A stretch of 64,000 nt of DNA from Octopus sinensis. Its lineage: Eukaryota. The stretch spans positions 14,148,464-14,212,463 of the forward strand of contig NC_043011.1 in assembly GCF_006345805.1 (NCBI RefSeq), in the 5' to 3' direction. Of the stretch, positions 25,399-37,440 are shown piece after piece. Position 1 is the stretch's first letter, and each line of letters opens with the position of its first letter. Below the pieces are notes generated by a model. The model was not told the origin of the DNA. It made no database searches and saw only the letters and a list, made by a program, of their open reading frames with translations. A program made the translations under genes and the position numbers.

Positions 25399-25490
25399 CT
25401 AGCACTATGACCCGGCGTTGCCGGGTCATAGTGCTAGTGCATGCATATTCAGCTGCGTGCATGCACACATACACACAAGTACTGTCCAAA
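25399..25490 (-). mobile_element. 3' fragment of the same Helitron family with a perfect 19-bp hairpin
   Basis: actagcactatgacccggc-gtt-gccgggtcatagtgctagt (25398-25438). Confidence 0.85.
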
Positions 25491-25575
25491 TAAAAAAATT
25501 ATTTTTCTTATAAAAAAAACTCCAATATCTAAATTAGAAACTTAAAACATTAGGGTTATATCATACAACCCATTT

Positions 25576-25614
<39 letters not shown>

Positions 25615-26206
25615 ACACACACACACATATATATATATGCACTTAGTTGGCATCTGTTTATGTTGCCAACTATGAAGAATGACTACGAAGGCAGTAGATG
25701 AAGAGCAACTTCTGAAATTACTAAGAAGACCCATTCTCAACATGTAAATTTGGCTGCCACAGATGTATGTGTGTGGGTGTGTGTGTACATACACACACAC
25801 ACACACACACACATGCATGCACACATATATACATACACACACACACGCATGCACACATATACACACACACACACATATGTATGTATTATGGAATTAACTT
25901 CCTATGCCAAAAACAATGATTTGTTCAGTACAAGCAATTTGTTAAATATCAATTTTTGTTGACCACTTCTGATTTGCCCTAAGTCATCTGTGTGTCTATA
26001 GTAATATACTTTACTGCAATCTCTTGCTAGTAAAAGCCCGCTGAAGACAGAGGTATACAAACACAGAAATTCATCTTGTAAGTATTTTCTACATACAGTT
26101 TCCACTGTATGTAGACTAATTAACAAATACAATTGTTGAAGTAACTAAATCATTTGATTTACACAGAGACCATATAATTATGAAGCAAATGAAGGAGTGT
26201 CTAGCT

Positions 26207-26582
26207 CAGTGGTTCTCAACCATTTTTTGCCTATGGACCCCCTTTGATTCAAGACCAGCATTTTCTATATATGTTCCAAATAGGGTAGATCTGGGAGAAA
26301 TTGTCTCAATATGGATATCTGGTTGAAAATGAACCATTTCAACATACTTTTACAGATATATAATGTTTGGGTGGATCCTCATATCCATTCAATATTTTTT
26401 TTTATTTTATTATATTTTTATAATTAAATATTATTATGAAGTATAATAAAAAAAATTTTTTCTTAATATTTTGTGTATTGTAGAAATAAAACCAATATAA
26501 CTAATTTATTGCAGCTAAAGTTTAACAAAAAATACTTATGTGGACACCCAAAGGTTATATGGTCTCCAATTGAGAACCACTG
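26207..26582. mobile_element. hAT-Charlie-type MITE (related fragments near 22581-22700, 60882-61070, 62845-62945)
   Basis: TIR CAGTGGTTCTCAA..TTGAGAACCACTG, 8-bp TSD gtctagct/gtctagtt (Charlie NTCTAGAN-like target). Confidence 0.92.
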
Positions 26583-26723
26583 GTCTAGTTAGTCCTTAAC
26601 CTACTAGAAATAGCAGGTGAATCTCCTTCAAATTCCTCTGTAGTGTCTTTAGGGCAATGGAATCTTTGCAAGGCTGACATGAGACTTAACTACATGGCAC
26701 CAAGCGTTTGTTTCAATACTTAC

Positions 26724-26779
26724 TTTCTTGTAATTCTGGCACCAGTTTGTACACAATGTCCTGCATGGTCCGGTCATGG
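26724..26779 (-). CDS. PCGF3: PCGF3-like coding exon 3
   Basis: 56 nt, tgttgcag acceptor and gtaagt donor. HDRTMQDIVYKLVPELQE is the conserved PCGF DRTxQDIVYKLVP motif. Confidence 0.96.
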
Positions 26780-27009
26780 CTGCAACACATATTAGTAACA
26801 TGTTAGCACTAAATATAAACTGACATGAATGACACACAATGTTAACATTAAACATGATGTAATTTATATACAGTTTGATATTCTAAATATTTAAAATATT
26901 ATTTACAGACAATACTGTCTTATAATAATAATAAAAATAACAATGTATGGATTTGAATAATGTTCCATGCACCCTTGAAAAAAGCTTATAGAAAAACAAC
27001 AGAAAGATC

Positions 27010-27300
27010 CCCAGCATAGTGTTTTAGGAGAACTAGTTAGGTTGAATGGAACCTTGTAAAAGAAATAGATGGGTAACAGATATTTAGAGTATATCATAAG
27101 AGCAGATGACCAACAAAAATTGTGGTGCACAGGAAAAGCCCTCAGGAAAAACAACAAGAGGATGATTTGGAATAAACTGGATTGACAACATCTTGGAGAT
27201 GTCAGGTTTGAAGATGCAACGATGAATAAAAGCATCAGAAAATTAAGAGGAGTGGAGAAAAGAGCTGAAAGTATTGACTTTAGTGTGAGCAGGATAACTC
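27010..27300 (+). mobile_element. Highly degenerate RTE LINE 3' fragment
   Basis: RYLEYIIRAD..GK..KR..INWIDNILEMSGL..EEWRK resembles the RTE C-terminal GHI.R..GKR.RGR..W.DNI..WR. Confidence 0.55.
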
Positions 27301-29004
27301 ATTGGCTGGTGCATTATTCATCAGTAAAAGTCTTAATTGAAATTCTCAATGAAAAATATGAGCAAGTGTCACTCAATTTTTGAGGTTGGGGTGATATTTT
27401 TAGTAATATCAACATTTTTTCTCTCTTTTCCCTCCATTTTTTTCTCTCATCCTTTTCGGTTGAAGAGCATAAGCTCAAAATCTCAAAGCCTTTTCATCTT
27501 CCCCAAGTATCAAACTAATATATCTGCTTGTTTTCCTTCACCTGTCTTTTGGTTTCTGTACATCTGAACCATGTTTTTCTTTGATAACTGGATGCCCTAC
27601 TTATCATTAACCACATCACAGAATGGACGGTACTAGGACAAAATCCCCTGGCAGTCAATATCCCCCAGGATTATTGTTCTTTCTTTACAATAAAAAATAT
27701 CTTAGGAAAGAAAAATTTTATTAAAAAAACTTTTAATATTTATTTGTTAATATTTTTGTGTAAAATTTTATCCAGAGGGATTTTGTCCTGATACCGAATG
27801 GACTGGATGTATGTTATTGTGTTACCAGTATAAGAAAAGTTGTCTTTGGTTAGATTTATTAGTCCTCTCTACTTTGCATCCGTATTTTTCTTCTTTTTTT
27901 TTTTTAACTTACTCTCTTTTAACAGGTTGCCTAGATGCAATTCCTAGGGTCCTTGTCAATTCTATTTCATTCCCACCTTATTTTTTGCATAATAAAGGGA
28001 GCGAATTATTACACAAGAGGTCTGAGGTAGTTAGCAATAAAGTGGGGCTGTGAGTTCATTTTAGTCTTATCACACCAAGAACTTATCAACATCTCCAGTG
28101 CTGGAGCTGCAAGAAAATGCACCCAGTACATTCTGTAAAATAGTTGGCAATAGGTAGGGCATCGAGCCATCAAAATCAAGCCAAAATGATATGAATGAGC
28201 ACTAGTCTATGAGTAGTAGCAGCTCTCAATAAGAAAGGGCTTGGAGTGTGGTGCCCAGCCCAACAAATGCCAGTGTGGAAAGTGGATGCAAAACAGTAGC
28301 AGCATCCACACCAGCCACCACCACCACTCATCTCCTGCTTGAATAAACTGCAAGAGGTGAAATTTGAAGACTTTGTCAACCAAATACATAATAATAAATT
28401 TGACTCTACTGTCATATTGGGTCATATTCAAACTATCAAAGTCAACAGAAGAAGAAGAAGAACCCATCACAGGTGCATTTAAGCTCAGCCGGTCTTTTCT
28501 CCTTTCTTTCATATTGCAGTAGATGATGACAGGCCCTACTCTGCTGTGCAGTAAGCTACCTGCCAGGAAAGTAACCTTTACCATTATCAGTTTCAACCTC
28601 ATTCATGCCATTGTTCAATGCATTTGTACTTGACATTTTCACTCACTGTGAGGATTGTGGTGATATGGTGATACAACCACCAGTGTTTTTATTGAGACAC
28701 CTCCTCTAGAGAACTTGCCAAACAAGGCTAAAGAGTCCACCTCAATCCAATGAGACAGACTTAACCCTGCCAGATGCCAACCAAGTACCTCATGGTCTTG
28801 GGGTGGGCTTACAAGTACTACACTTAGCCCAAGAGTGACCTGGAGGTAGTTATGGCTAAGGGTAACCTCATTATTCCCATATTGAGATTCCACAGCCTGA
28901 TGCCGTTGAACACCAATCCTAACCCTAACCCTAACCCCAATGCAGTAAACACATGAGCAGTGTCTCTAATATGAGCAGTAAACACATGGGCAAAATCTCT
29001 GATG

Positions 29005-29997
29005 ATATTCTATTACTTTCCTGAACTGGACTATGGAAGAACTAAGACACATAGACTGTAAAACCAGAAGGACAATGTCCACATATACAGCTAGAAAACT
29101 ATTACAAAATAACCACCATAGGACTACAGGAATACCTACTTCAGAATTAAGGAAAACTAATACAAACAGCCACAAAACACGAACAAAATAAAAAAACTGT
29201 TTTCAGACTTTAAGGAAGTTGAGAAATACAAACAAGAAGTCATACTACCAAACAACTATGAAGAAAAAGAAACAATAAAAGCTGTAAAACAACTGAAATC
29301 CAAACTAAAACTAGAACAGCAATGGATCATAATAAAACAATGGCAAGAAAAGCACCATCATGGCAAATACTGGGCTAAACTAAATGCAAAAGAAATCGAC
29401 AAAGCAAAATCCTAACAATGGCCGAGAAGCTCAGGACTCAAAGCAGAGACAGAGGGATTTTTAATTGCAGCACAAGACCAAAGCCTCCTCACCAGAAATT
29501 ACTGAAAACATATAATGAAAAGAAACATAACAGAAACTGCAGAATATGTGGAGGTGGACAAAGAAGCAATAAATCATATTGTCTTTGGCTGCTCGGTCCT
29601 GGCTAAGAAGGAATATATTCACAGACACGACAGAGTTGGGACCTACATACACTGGAAGTTATGCCAACACTATGGAATAACAACAGAAAAAAGATGGTAT
29701 AGGCAATGAGAAAGCAACAATATTATGGGATATGCCAATACACACAGATAGAAAAATTAAGGCCAATGGGCCAGATATAGTTATCAAAGATCAAGAAAAA
29801 ATGCTTTCTAATCAATGTTTCAATACCAACAGATGACAACGTTTCTCCAAAAGAAGTGAAGAAACTTTCAAAATACAAAGACCTGGAAATAGAGGTAACT
29901 CGAATGTGAAATCTAAAAACAGAAACAATTCCTATCATAGTGGGCACATGAGGTATGATAAAAAAAAAATTTAGACAAATACATAATAAAAACATAA
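29005..29997 (+). mobile_element. Degenerate R4/Dong-clade RLE LINE fragment, antisense in PCGF3 intron 2
   Basis: LNWTMEELRHIDCKTRR..LKAETEGFLIAAQDQSL..CRICGGGQEAINHIVFGC..YIHRHDRVG..ILWDMPIHTD..NGPDIVIKD..KYKDLEIEV..IPIIVG. Truncated by a SINE at the 3' side. Confidence 0.9.
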
Positions 29998-30745
29998 CTG
30001 GTACTTTATTCTATCAGCCCTGGAAGAATGAAAGGCAAAGTTGATTTTGGTGGGCTGTGAACTCTGACCATAAAGAGGAAGAAATATCTTGAGGCATTTT
30101 GTCGGACGCTCTAACAATTCCACCAGCTTGCCATGTTTTGATGATGGTTTCTGATTAAGGTGAAAGACCAGCAATTTTTAGGGAAGAGAAGTTGATACAA
30201 CTGACCCCAGTATTTTACTGATACTTTACTTCATCAACCCCAACTGAATGAAAAGCAAAGCTGACCTCAGTGGGGTTTGAACTTGGAACATAAAGGGCTG
30301 TAATTAAATACTACAATGCACTATATCTTATTTCTTTACTGCCCTCAAGGAGCTACACACAGAGGGGACAAACAAGGACAGACAAATGTATTAAGTCGAT
30401 TATATCGACCCCAGTGCATAACTGGTACTTATTTAATCGAATCCGAAAGGATGAAAGGCAAAGTTGGCCTTGGTGGAATTTGAACTCAGAACGTAGCAGC
30501 AGACGAAATACCTATTTCTTTATTACCCACAAGGGGCTAAACATAAAGGTGACAAACAAGGACATACATAGGTATTAAGTCGATTACATCGACCCCCAGT
30601 GTGTAACTGGTACTTAATTTTATGGACCCCGAAAGGATGAAAGGCAAAGTCAACCTCAGCGGAATTTGAACTCAGAACGTAACAGCAGACAAAATACCGC
30701 TAAGCATTTTGCCCGGCGTTCTAAAGTTTCTGCCAGCTCGCTGCC
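29997..30745 (-). mobile_element. Cluster of four same-orientation SINE-B copies including a dimer (30325-30510 plus 30511-30745)
   Basis: Core gatgaaaggcaaagtc repeated four times. Confidence 0.88.
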
Positions 30746-30984
30746 CTATACAATGCACTGTATCTGACACTTTCACACTTCTACCAATAATAATAATATT
30801 TTTTTTTTCCTTTATCACTGCTCCCCACAATCCTTCATACAAGAAAAATGTTATCAAGAGAGGTTACCATACATATTAAGGATGGATAGTTATATAAAAA
30901 TGAAAGGATGCATAATGACATTATACAATGACTTCTAGCAGTGGTACAAATAATGGTGGCTGAAATTAGAAGAGAACCACTCAC

Positions 30985-31081
30985 CTGATGTAATTAAGTG
31001 GGTGACTCTGATGAATCACAATTTCACAAGTAGGGCAAGTGTTATTGTCATCCAGGTACTGAACCAAACAGCTTTTGCAGA
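30985..31081 (-). CDS. PCGF3: PCGF3-like coding exon 2
   Basis: 97 nt, cag acceptor and gtgagt donor. (F)CKSCLVQYLDDNNTCPTCEIVIHQSHPLNYI(S) completes the RING. Confidence 0.96.
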
Positions 31082-31335
31082 CTGTAAGATAGAAAAAAGT
31101 ATAAAACCATTTAATAATCAACAATAACAATGTTTACATCGAATGAAAAATTTAGACTGTTCAATACATTTGTGTTGTTTTTCTTGATGTGTTGCTCCAG
31201 CTGGTCCAAACCAACTAGACATGAGTTATGTAGGTAGGGAGGGAGTGAACAGTTGGGATCTGTAGATTTATCCATCACCACAGAGTGAGGATTGGATTGA
31301 ACACACAACGTGCAATTTTCTTTTTTCATTATCAA

Positions 31336-31524
31336 TGGCACGTAAAAAGCACTCATTACACTCACGGAGTGGTTGGCGTTAGGAAGGGCATCCAGCCATA
31401 GAAACACTGCCAGATCAGACTGGAGCCTGGTGCAGCCTTCTGGCTTCCCAGACCTCAGTTGAACCATCCAACCCATGCTAGCATGGAAAGCGGACGCTAA
31501 ACGATGATGATGATGATGATGATG
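31336..31524 (+). mobile_element. Retroposon family E (GGAAGGGCATCCAGC core, (GAT)n tail)
   Basis: Core resembles the Deu/Nin SINE domain (recalled); tail acccatgctagcatggaaagcggacgctaaacgatgatgat. Confidence 0.88.
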
Positions 31525-31888
31525 AACTTGTGCTTTAAGACCATTTTCCCTGTTATGGTGGGGCTAGCTTTGCAGGCCCCTTTACAGTCATATTCATCAT
31601 TGCACACTTTTTCAGGCAGTGTTTAACAGCTAGATACCCTCCCCATTGACAACCCTTTTAGCTGACCCTTACAACAAGCAGTGATACTATGCTCCTGTTC
31701 TATAGTATCCGTACTGTCAACCAACTAATCCTACTTGGATTATTCTCCTTGCTTGTTGATTTAGATATTAAATAACTTCTGGGGTGACTTTTGTCTGGTA
31801 ACTGATTGCAAAGGCTGATCAAAGTTTTCCAGTTCTACTTTATAAGTATGAAATCCAACCAATATGTATATTTAGTATACAATATACT

Positions 31889-32402
31889 GTGGAGGCACAA
31901 TGGCCCAGTGGTTAGGACAGCAGACTCGCGGTCGTAGGATCGCGGTTTCGATTCCCAGACTGAGCATTGAGAGTGTTTATAGAGCGAAAACACCTAAAGC
32001 TCCACGAGGTTCCGGCAGGGAGTGGTGGTGAACCCTGCTGTACTCTTTCACCACAACTGTCTCTCACTCTTTTTTCCTGTTTCTGTTGTACCTGTATTTC
32101 AAAGGGGCCAGCCTTGTCACACTCTGTGTCATGCTGAATCTCCCCGAGAACTACATTAAGGGTACACGTGTCTGTGGAGTGCTCAGCCACTTGCATGTTA
32201 ATAATAAATGAGATGCGACGTCACTGGTGCCAAGCTGTATCGGTCTTTGCCTTTCCCTTGGATAACATTGGTGGCGTGGAGAGAGAAGGCTGGTATGTGT
32301 GGGCGACTGCTGGTCTTCCATAAACAACCTTGCCCAGACTTGTACCTCAGAGGGTAACTTTCTAGGCGCAATTCCATGGTCATTCATGACCGAAGGAGGT
32401 CA
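31889..32402 (+). mobile_element. SINE-C with tail type 1
   Basis: 11-bp TSD tacaatatact (31878-31888 / 32406-32416). Confidence 0.92.
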
Positions 32403-32731
32403 CAATACAATATACTCCTAAGGTGGTTTTCATGTACTATTCTGTTGATATTCCTAATCAGTTTCGTTATATAATCTTTGTCTCTCTGTGTTGATCACTT
32501 TTAGTTTTGCCAAATTTACTTGCAAAATAAAAATTTACTCAGAGCTGAAGAGCCAGCAAGAGAGTCTCTATATGCATGCTTGATTTACTAAAAGTAGCAG
32601 CTAAATCTCCCTTAAATCATACTTTACCATCTTAAATCATATTTTGCCATCTTAAAAAATAATAAACTATGCCTGGAAAATAAAAAGAAAATAGTCACAA
32701 CTTAACCACTTTTGATCATAGGTTTGTTTAA

Positions 32732-32951
32732 CCCTTTCATTACTGTATTTATTTTGAGATGCTCTGGGTTTCTTTCAATTACTTTAAATATAACAAAGAA
32801 TTTAGTAAAATAACTTAGTTATCATTAAGCTAGTGTTAGGAACATAAATTGTGACTAAGGCTTGGTGAAGGATTTTAATTCAAAACTTATGAAAAAAAGA
32901 CATTTGTACTGAAAGCCAGAGCCGGTTTCAGCCGGGTTGGTAACGAAAGGG
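32732..32951 (-). mobile_element. MITE F inserted in family M
   Basis: TTAA 32728-32731 / 32952-32955. Confidence 0.92.
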
Positions 32952-33207
32952 TTAATCAGAACCTTTGGACTAAACAACAAAGATAGCTATCTACCACTTA
33001 GATAAACTGTTATTGCTAAGCCTAATATTGTCACTAAGAGGGCCGAAGTATAACTGCAAAGGCATCCGCAAACCAGCAATGGCTGAAAACATTTCTCAAG
33101 ACAAGAAAAATAAAGAAGGCATCAAAGAATCAAAATAAACAAACGAAGACAATCTAATTGGCAAATGCTGAGAATAGTTGTACAATAAAACAAAGAACTT
33201 CACTTAC

Positions 33208-33316
33208 ATGTGTGCAGACATTCTGTGATGGTGGTCGCATCAATGAGGTAGCCAGAACACAGTGTGCATGTAATGTGAACATTGACTGACTTCAAACGAA
33301 TTCTCCGCTCCATCAT
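33208..33316 (-). CDS. PCGF3: PCGF3-like Polycomb group RING finger protein, coding exon 1 (whole exon 33342-33208)
   Basis: Acceptor ttttctatttcag at 33343, donor gtaagt at 33207. Translates [36 protein letters not shown] plus 1 nt (109 nt, phase 1), the first half of a C3HC4 RING closely matching PCGF3/PCGF5/l(3)73Ah. Confidence 0.96.
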
Positions 33317-33486
33317 GGTGTCAGAAGAACTGACATCCTCATCTGAAATAGAAAAAAATGTGCATCAAAGATAGTGTTAACACAAAGATACTGCAATCCT
33401 TCAATTTTTCTAAAGCCCTGTAAAAGAACTCAGAAGGTTGGGCCTTCAACCAGGCTTTTTGCGATACCTTTTTCGGCAGCCCCTTT

Positions 33487-33518
<32 letters not shown>

Positions 33519-33574
33519 CATGCATGCATCTATATACATGCGTGTGTGTGTGTGTGTGTGTGAGTGTGTGTGTC

Positions 33575-33852
33575 TTTTATCTTCTGTTTATCTGATTCTG
33601 TCATTAGACTGCGGTCATGCTGGGGCACTGCCTTGACCCCCAGTACTTTTTTTTAAACCTGGCACTTCTCTTACCATCTCTTTTACAGCAACATAAACAC
33701 ACACATATATGTACGATGGGCTTCTTTTAGTTTCCATTCATCAAATCCACTCACAATACTTTGATTAGCCTGAAGCTCAAGGTGACCCACAGTGAGACTG
33801 AACTCAGAACCATGTGGTTGGGAAGCAAACTTCTAACCACACAGCCACACTT
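33575..33852 (-). mobile_element. Degenerate SINE-A
   Basis: Head and tail motifs present with internal deletions. Confidence 0.7.
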
Positions 33853-34087
33853 CTGTGTGTGTGTGTGTGTGTGCATGTGCTTATACAGATTTCTACACAT
33901 TTTCTTTCCTTCTTATATAGTTTTTTCTCTTTTTACTTAAAATATACACACTTCTTATTAACACACTCATTTGCACTTTTGTACAAACTGTAAATGCTCA
34001 GTTACAACTTAGTCTTTCTAATAGTTGGAAGACGTTCTTTCCTTTATCATGTAAACACCATTTCTATTTCCAGGTAGTTTTCTTTAT

Positions 34088-34258
34088 CACACCAACAGTG
34101 TCAAAGATCCGTACTAAGTACGGATCTACCAAGCACTAGTGCGAACGATTCTCCTTTACGGCAGCGAGTCATGGCCAATGAGGGGGGAAGATATTAAGTG
34201 ACTAGAATCCTTTGATCACCTCTGTCTACGCCGCATCCTTCATGTCCGATGACATAAC
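34088..34258 (+). mobile_element. RTE LINE internal fragment
   Basis: RIYQALVRTILLYGSESWPMR..LESFDHLCLRRILHVR. Confidence 0.85.
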
Positions 34259-34920
34259 TATAAAATAGCTTATTTGCTTTTCTTTTGACAAAGTATAAGG
34301 CCAAATTGTTTAGGTAAGATAGTAAAATCAATCAAGTAATATAACAGACACTTATTTCATTGACTCAAGAAGAATTACAATCAAAGTCAAGTATGGCAGG
34401 ATTTGAACCCAAATGCAAGAGACCACAGACTAAAAGCCGTAAAGCTTTCGGTGTAATGTTTTCCTATTTGAACTCATCCCGTTGTTCTGATTATAATCAA
34501 ACATAAAAGTAACAATAGCTATTCAGATTAAATTATGCTAGTAAAGTGAGACTCGTTAGCCTAACCTTGCTCTTTCTAATTTAATTACAATCCACAGTAT
34601 ATCATTAAGTATTTATTTATTCTGTTTATTGGGGTTTTTTATTTGGTAGTATTGGTTCAAAAGATGACTACTACAGCCTCTTCTGATAATGTTCTTTATT
34701 ACCATCAAAGAAACTTTTCAGAAAAATCACATCATCAATAATACATTTCAAACCACACTTCCAACAATTTAGCTGATATTTTTCAATAAACTATATTAAT
34801 AAAAAATAGATATTAATCTATTTCCAATCACTGTTAATTATATTTATAACAAGTCATATAATAATTTGAGAAAAGAAATTGTAATTAAGGAACAGAAAAG
34901 GATGAGTGTCTACAACAAAA

Positions 34921-35083
34921 GGCGCAGGAGTGGCTGTGTGGTAAGCAGCTTGCTAACCAACCACATGGTTCCAGGTTCAGTCCCACTGCATGGCATCTTG
35001 GGCAAGTGTCTTCTGCTATAGCCCCGGGTCGACCAATGCCTTGTGAGTGGATTTGGTAGACGGAAACTGAAAGAAGCCTGTCG

Positions 35084-35120
<37 letters not shown>

Positions 35121-35340
35121 TTGTGTGTCTGTGTTTGTCCCCCTAGCATTGCTTGACAACCGATGCTGGTGTGTCCATTAGCGGTTCGGCAAAAGAGACC
35201 GATAGAATAAGTACTGGGCTTACAAAAGAATAAGTCCCGGGGTCGATTTGCTCGACTAAAGGTGGTGCTCCAGCATGGCCGCAGTCAAATGACTGAAACA
35301 AGTAAAAGAGTAAAAGAGTAAAAGAGAGAGTAAAAGAGTA
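34921..35340 (+). mobile_element. SINE-A full length
   Basis: Complete head-to-tail match to the other copies. Confidence 0.93.
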
Positions 35341-35401
35341 TATTACATCACTAATCTTTTAGCTGTCAGAAACTATTATTATTATTATTATTATTATTAT
35401 T

Positions 35402-35613
35402 AAGGTGGCGAGCTGACAGGCTCATTAGTGGGCTGGGCAAAATGCTTAGCGGCATTTCACCCGTCCTTACGTTCTGAGTTCAAATTCCACCGGGGTCAAC
35501 TTTGCTTTCATCCTTTCGAGGTCAATAAATCAAGTACCAGTAGAGTACTGAGGTCAATGTAATTGACTCATCCCCCTCCTCTAAAATTGCTGCCCTTGTG
35601 GCAAAATTTGAAA

Positions 35614-35645
<32 letters not shown>

Positions 35646-36085
35646 GAGTGAGAGAGCAGTGCATGCCATCAAAGTGACACTGGGGTAAAATATACAAAGC
35701 CCAGCATATCCATCTAATAAGGGTACACCAGGCACATGAATCTCAACCACATGTGCGCGACATGGTGACAACGACGACTGCATTTTGTTTCTTAGTGATC
35801 TCTGACAACTATATCCAGCCTATTAGCCTTGATTTCTTTATCCATGTGTATAGGCATATCTCAGAATATGGTTGCTTTCTCATTTTTTTGTGACCTTTTT
35901 CTTGCGTTTTCCTATACCATCTTACCTGGCAGAACCATTAGCAAGTTGAGCAAAATGCTTAGCAGCATTTCATCTATCTTCAATTTCTGAGTTCAAATGC
36001 TGCCACGGTTAAACACTGGGGCCAATGTAATTGACTTATCTCCTCCCCCGAAATTGCTGGCCTTGTACCAAAATTTGAAACCATT
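35402..36085 (+). mobile_element. Two SINE-B' copies (variant tail ..aaaatttgaaa(t/c)cattatt; about 35402-35616 and 35925-36085)
   Basis: Same head and core as SINE-B with a different tail; the first copy is flanked by (TAT)n on both sides. Confidence 0.85.
35646..35770 (-). mobile_element. 5'-truncated copy of element K
   Basis: gagtgagagagcagtgcatgccatcaaagtgacactgggg matches 54582-54715 and abuts (ATT)n at 35616-35645. Confidence 0.7.
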
Positions 36086-36246
36086 ATTATTACTATTATT
36101 ACTGTAGTTGCCCGCAACAATTTACAAATACACCAAAAGTTAACTATTATTTACTACTACATTGATTGTTTTCTTCCAGTTATAAATAAATACTCCCGAA
36201 GTTTTAGGGATTATTTATTTACAACTCCAAACCATATTGTCTTTAA

Positions 36247-36466
36247 CCCTTTCGTTATCGTATTTATTTTGAGATGCTCTGTATTTCTTTCAATTACTTT
36301 AAATATAACAAAGAATTTAGTAAAATAACTTAGTTATCATTCAGCTAGTGTTAGGAACATAAATTGTAACTAAGGTTTGGTGGAAGATTTTAATTCAACA
36401 CTTATGAATATAAGACATTTGTACTCAGAGCCAGAGCCGGTTTCAGTCGGGTTGGTAATGAAAGGG
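36247..36466 (-). mobile_element. MITE F
   Basis: TTAA on both flanks. Confidence 0.92.
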
Positions 36467-37104
36467 TTAAGCCATGAAATGCCAGACAAAGACTTATTAA
36501 TGTATTAGACACAGGTTTCCCATTAAAAAAAATAATCTAAGGTTAAGAGAACACTAACTCTTCATATCTTGTGCAAAGACTATTACTGACTGAAAGATCT
36601 TCTCAAAAGTTGCCTTTTCCTTAAGTCAAAGAATTTTTAACTAATTTTTTTGCTTTTTCATGGAAATAAAAGAAAAACAGAGAAACTATAATTCAACTAC
36701 TATTAATACAGAAAACATTAAATTGTCATCATCAAACAACATTTAAAAGTCACTTGAAGCCGACTAATCAACAAAATTGTTAACTTTTAATAATGAAGTG
36801 GAAAGCATCTAAGAAAACAACACATAATTAATGTTAAATTAATTGAGTGTTTAGTAATTAGATAGAGCTGAGGCAAACTTCTCTGCATAGCTAGAAGAAT
36901 AGTATCATTTTTATCACTGACTACATTTAACTGTTTGACTCAATGTACTTTTAATACTGAATACATCTTCATGGCTTCAACATCTTCGTTCTTAAAATAT
37001 TCTGTTTTTTGTGTTAATGATGATGAAGATGTAAGCAAAAGAGAAATGCTGACAGAAGCTGCATTCAAATCAATATAATGTTCAGTTGTGCTTCTACAAT
37101 CGGG

Positions 37105-37440
37105 TCGGGACCCCTTCAGTCATGACACTGACCATGGGATTGCACCTAGAAAGTTACCCTCCTAGTCACAAGTCTGGGCAAGGTGATTTATGGAAGACCA
37201 GCAGTCACCCATGCATACCGGCCTCCACTCTCCACGCCACCAGTGTTATCCAAGGGAAAGGCAAAGGGGCTGATACAGCTTGGCACCCATGACGCCGCAA
37301 CTCATTTCTACAGCTGAGTTAACTGGAGCAACGTGAAATAAAGTGTCTTGCTCAAGAACACAACACACAGCCCAGTCTGAGATTCGAGCTCACAACCTCC
37401 TGATCGTAAACTCGATGCTCTAACCAGAGCCATGCCTCTA
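37105..37440 (-). mobile_element. CORE-type SINE-D
   Basis: Reverse complement of the 20.65 kb copy. Confidence 0.9.

Noticed and set aside
28207-28602. 131-aa minus-strand ORF in intron 2
   Set aside because: Partly overlaps a decayed family-E repeat and trinucleotide runs, has no acceptor, and PCGF3 exons 2-3 join in phase without it.
28917-28936. (CCCTAA)n tracts here and at about 39437-39450
   Set aside because: Only 2-3 units; too short to call a telomere or fusion site.
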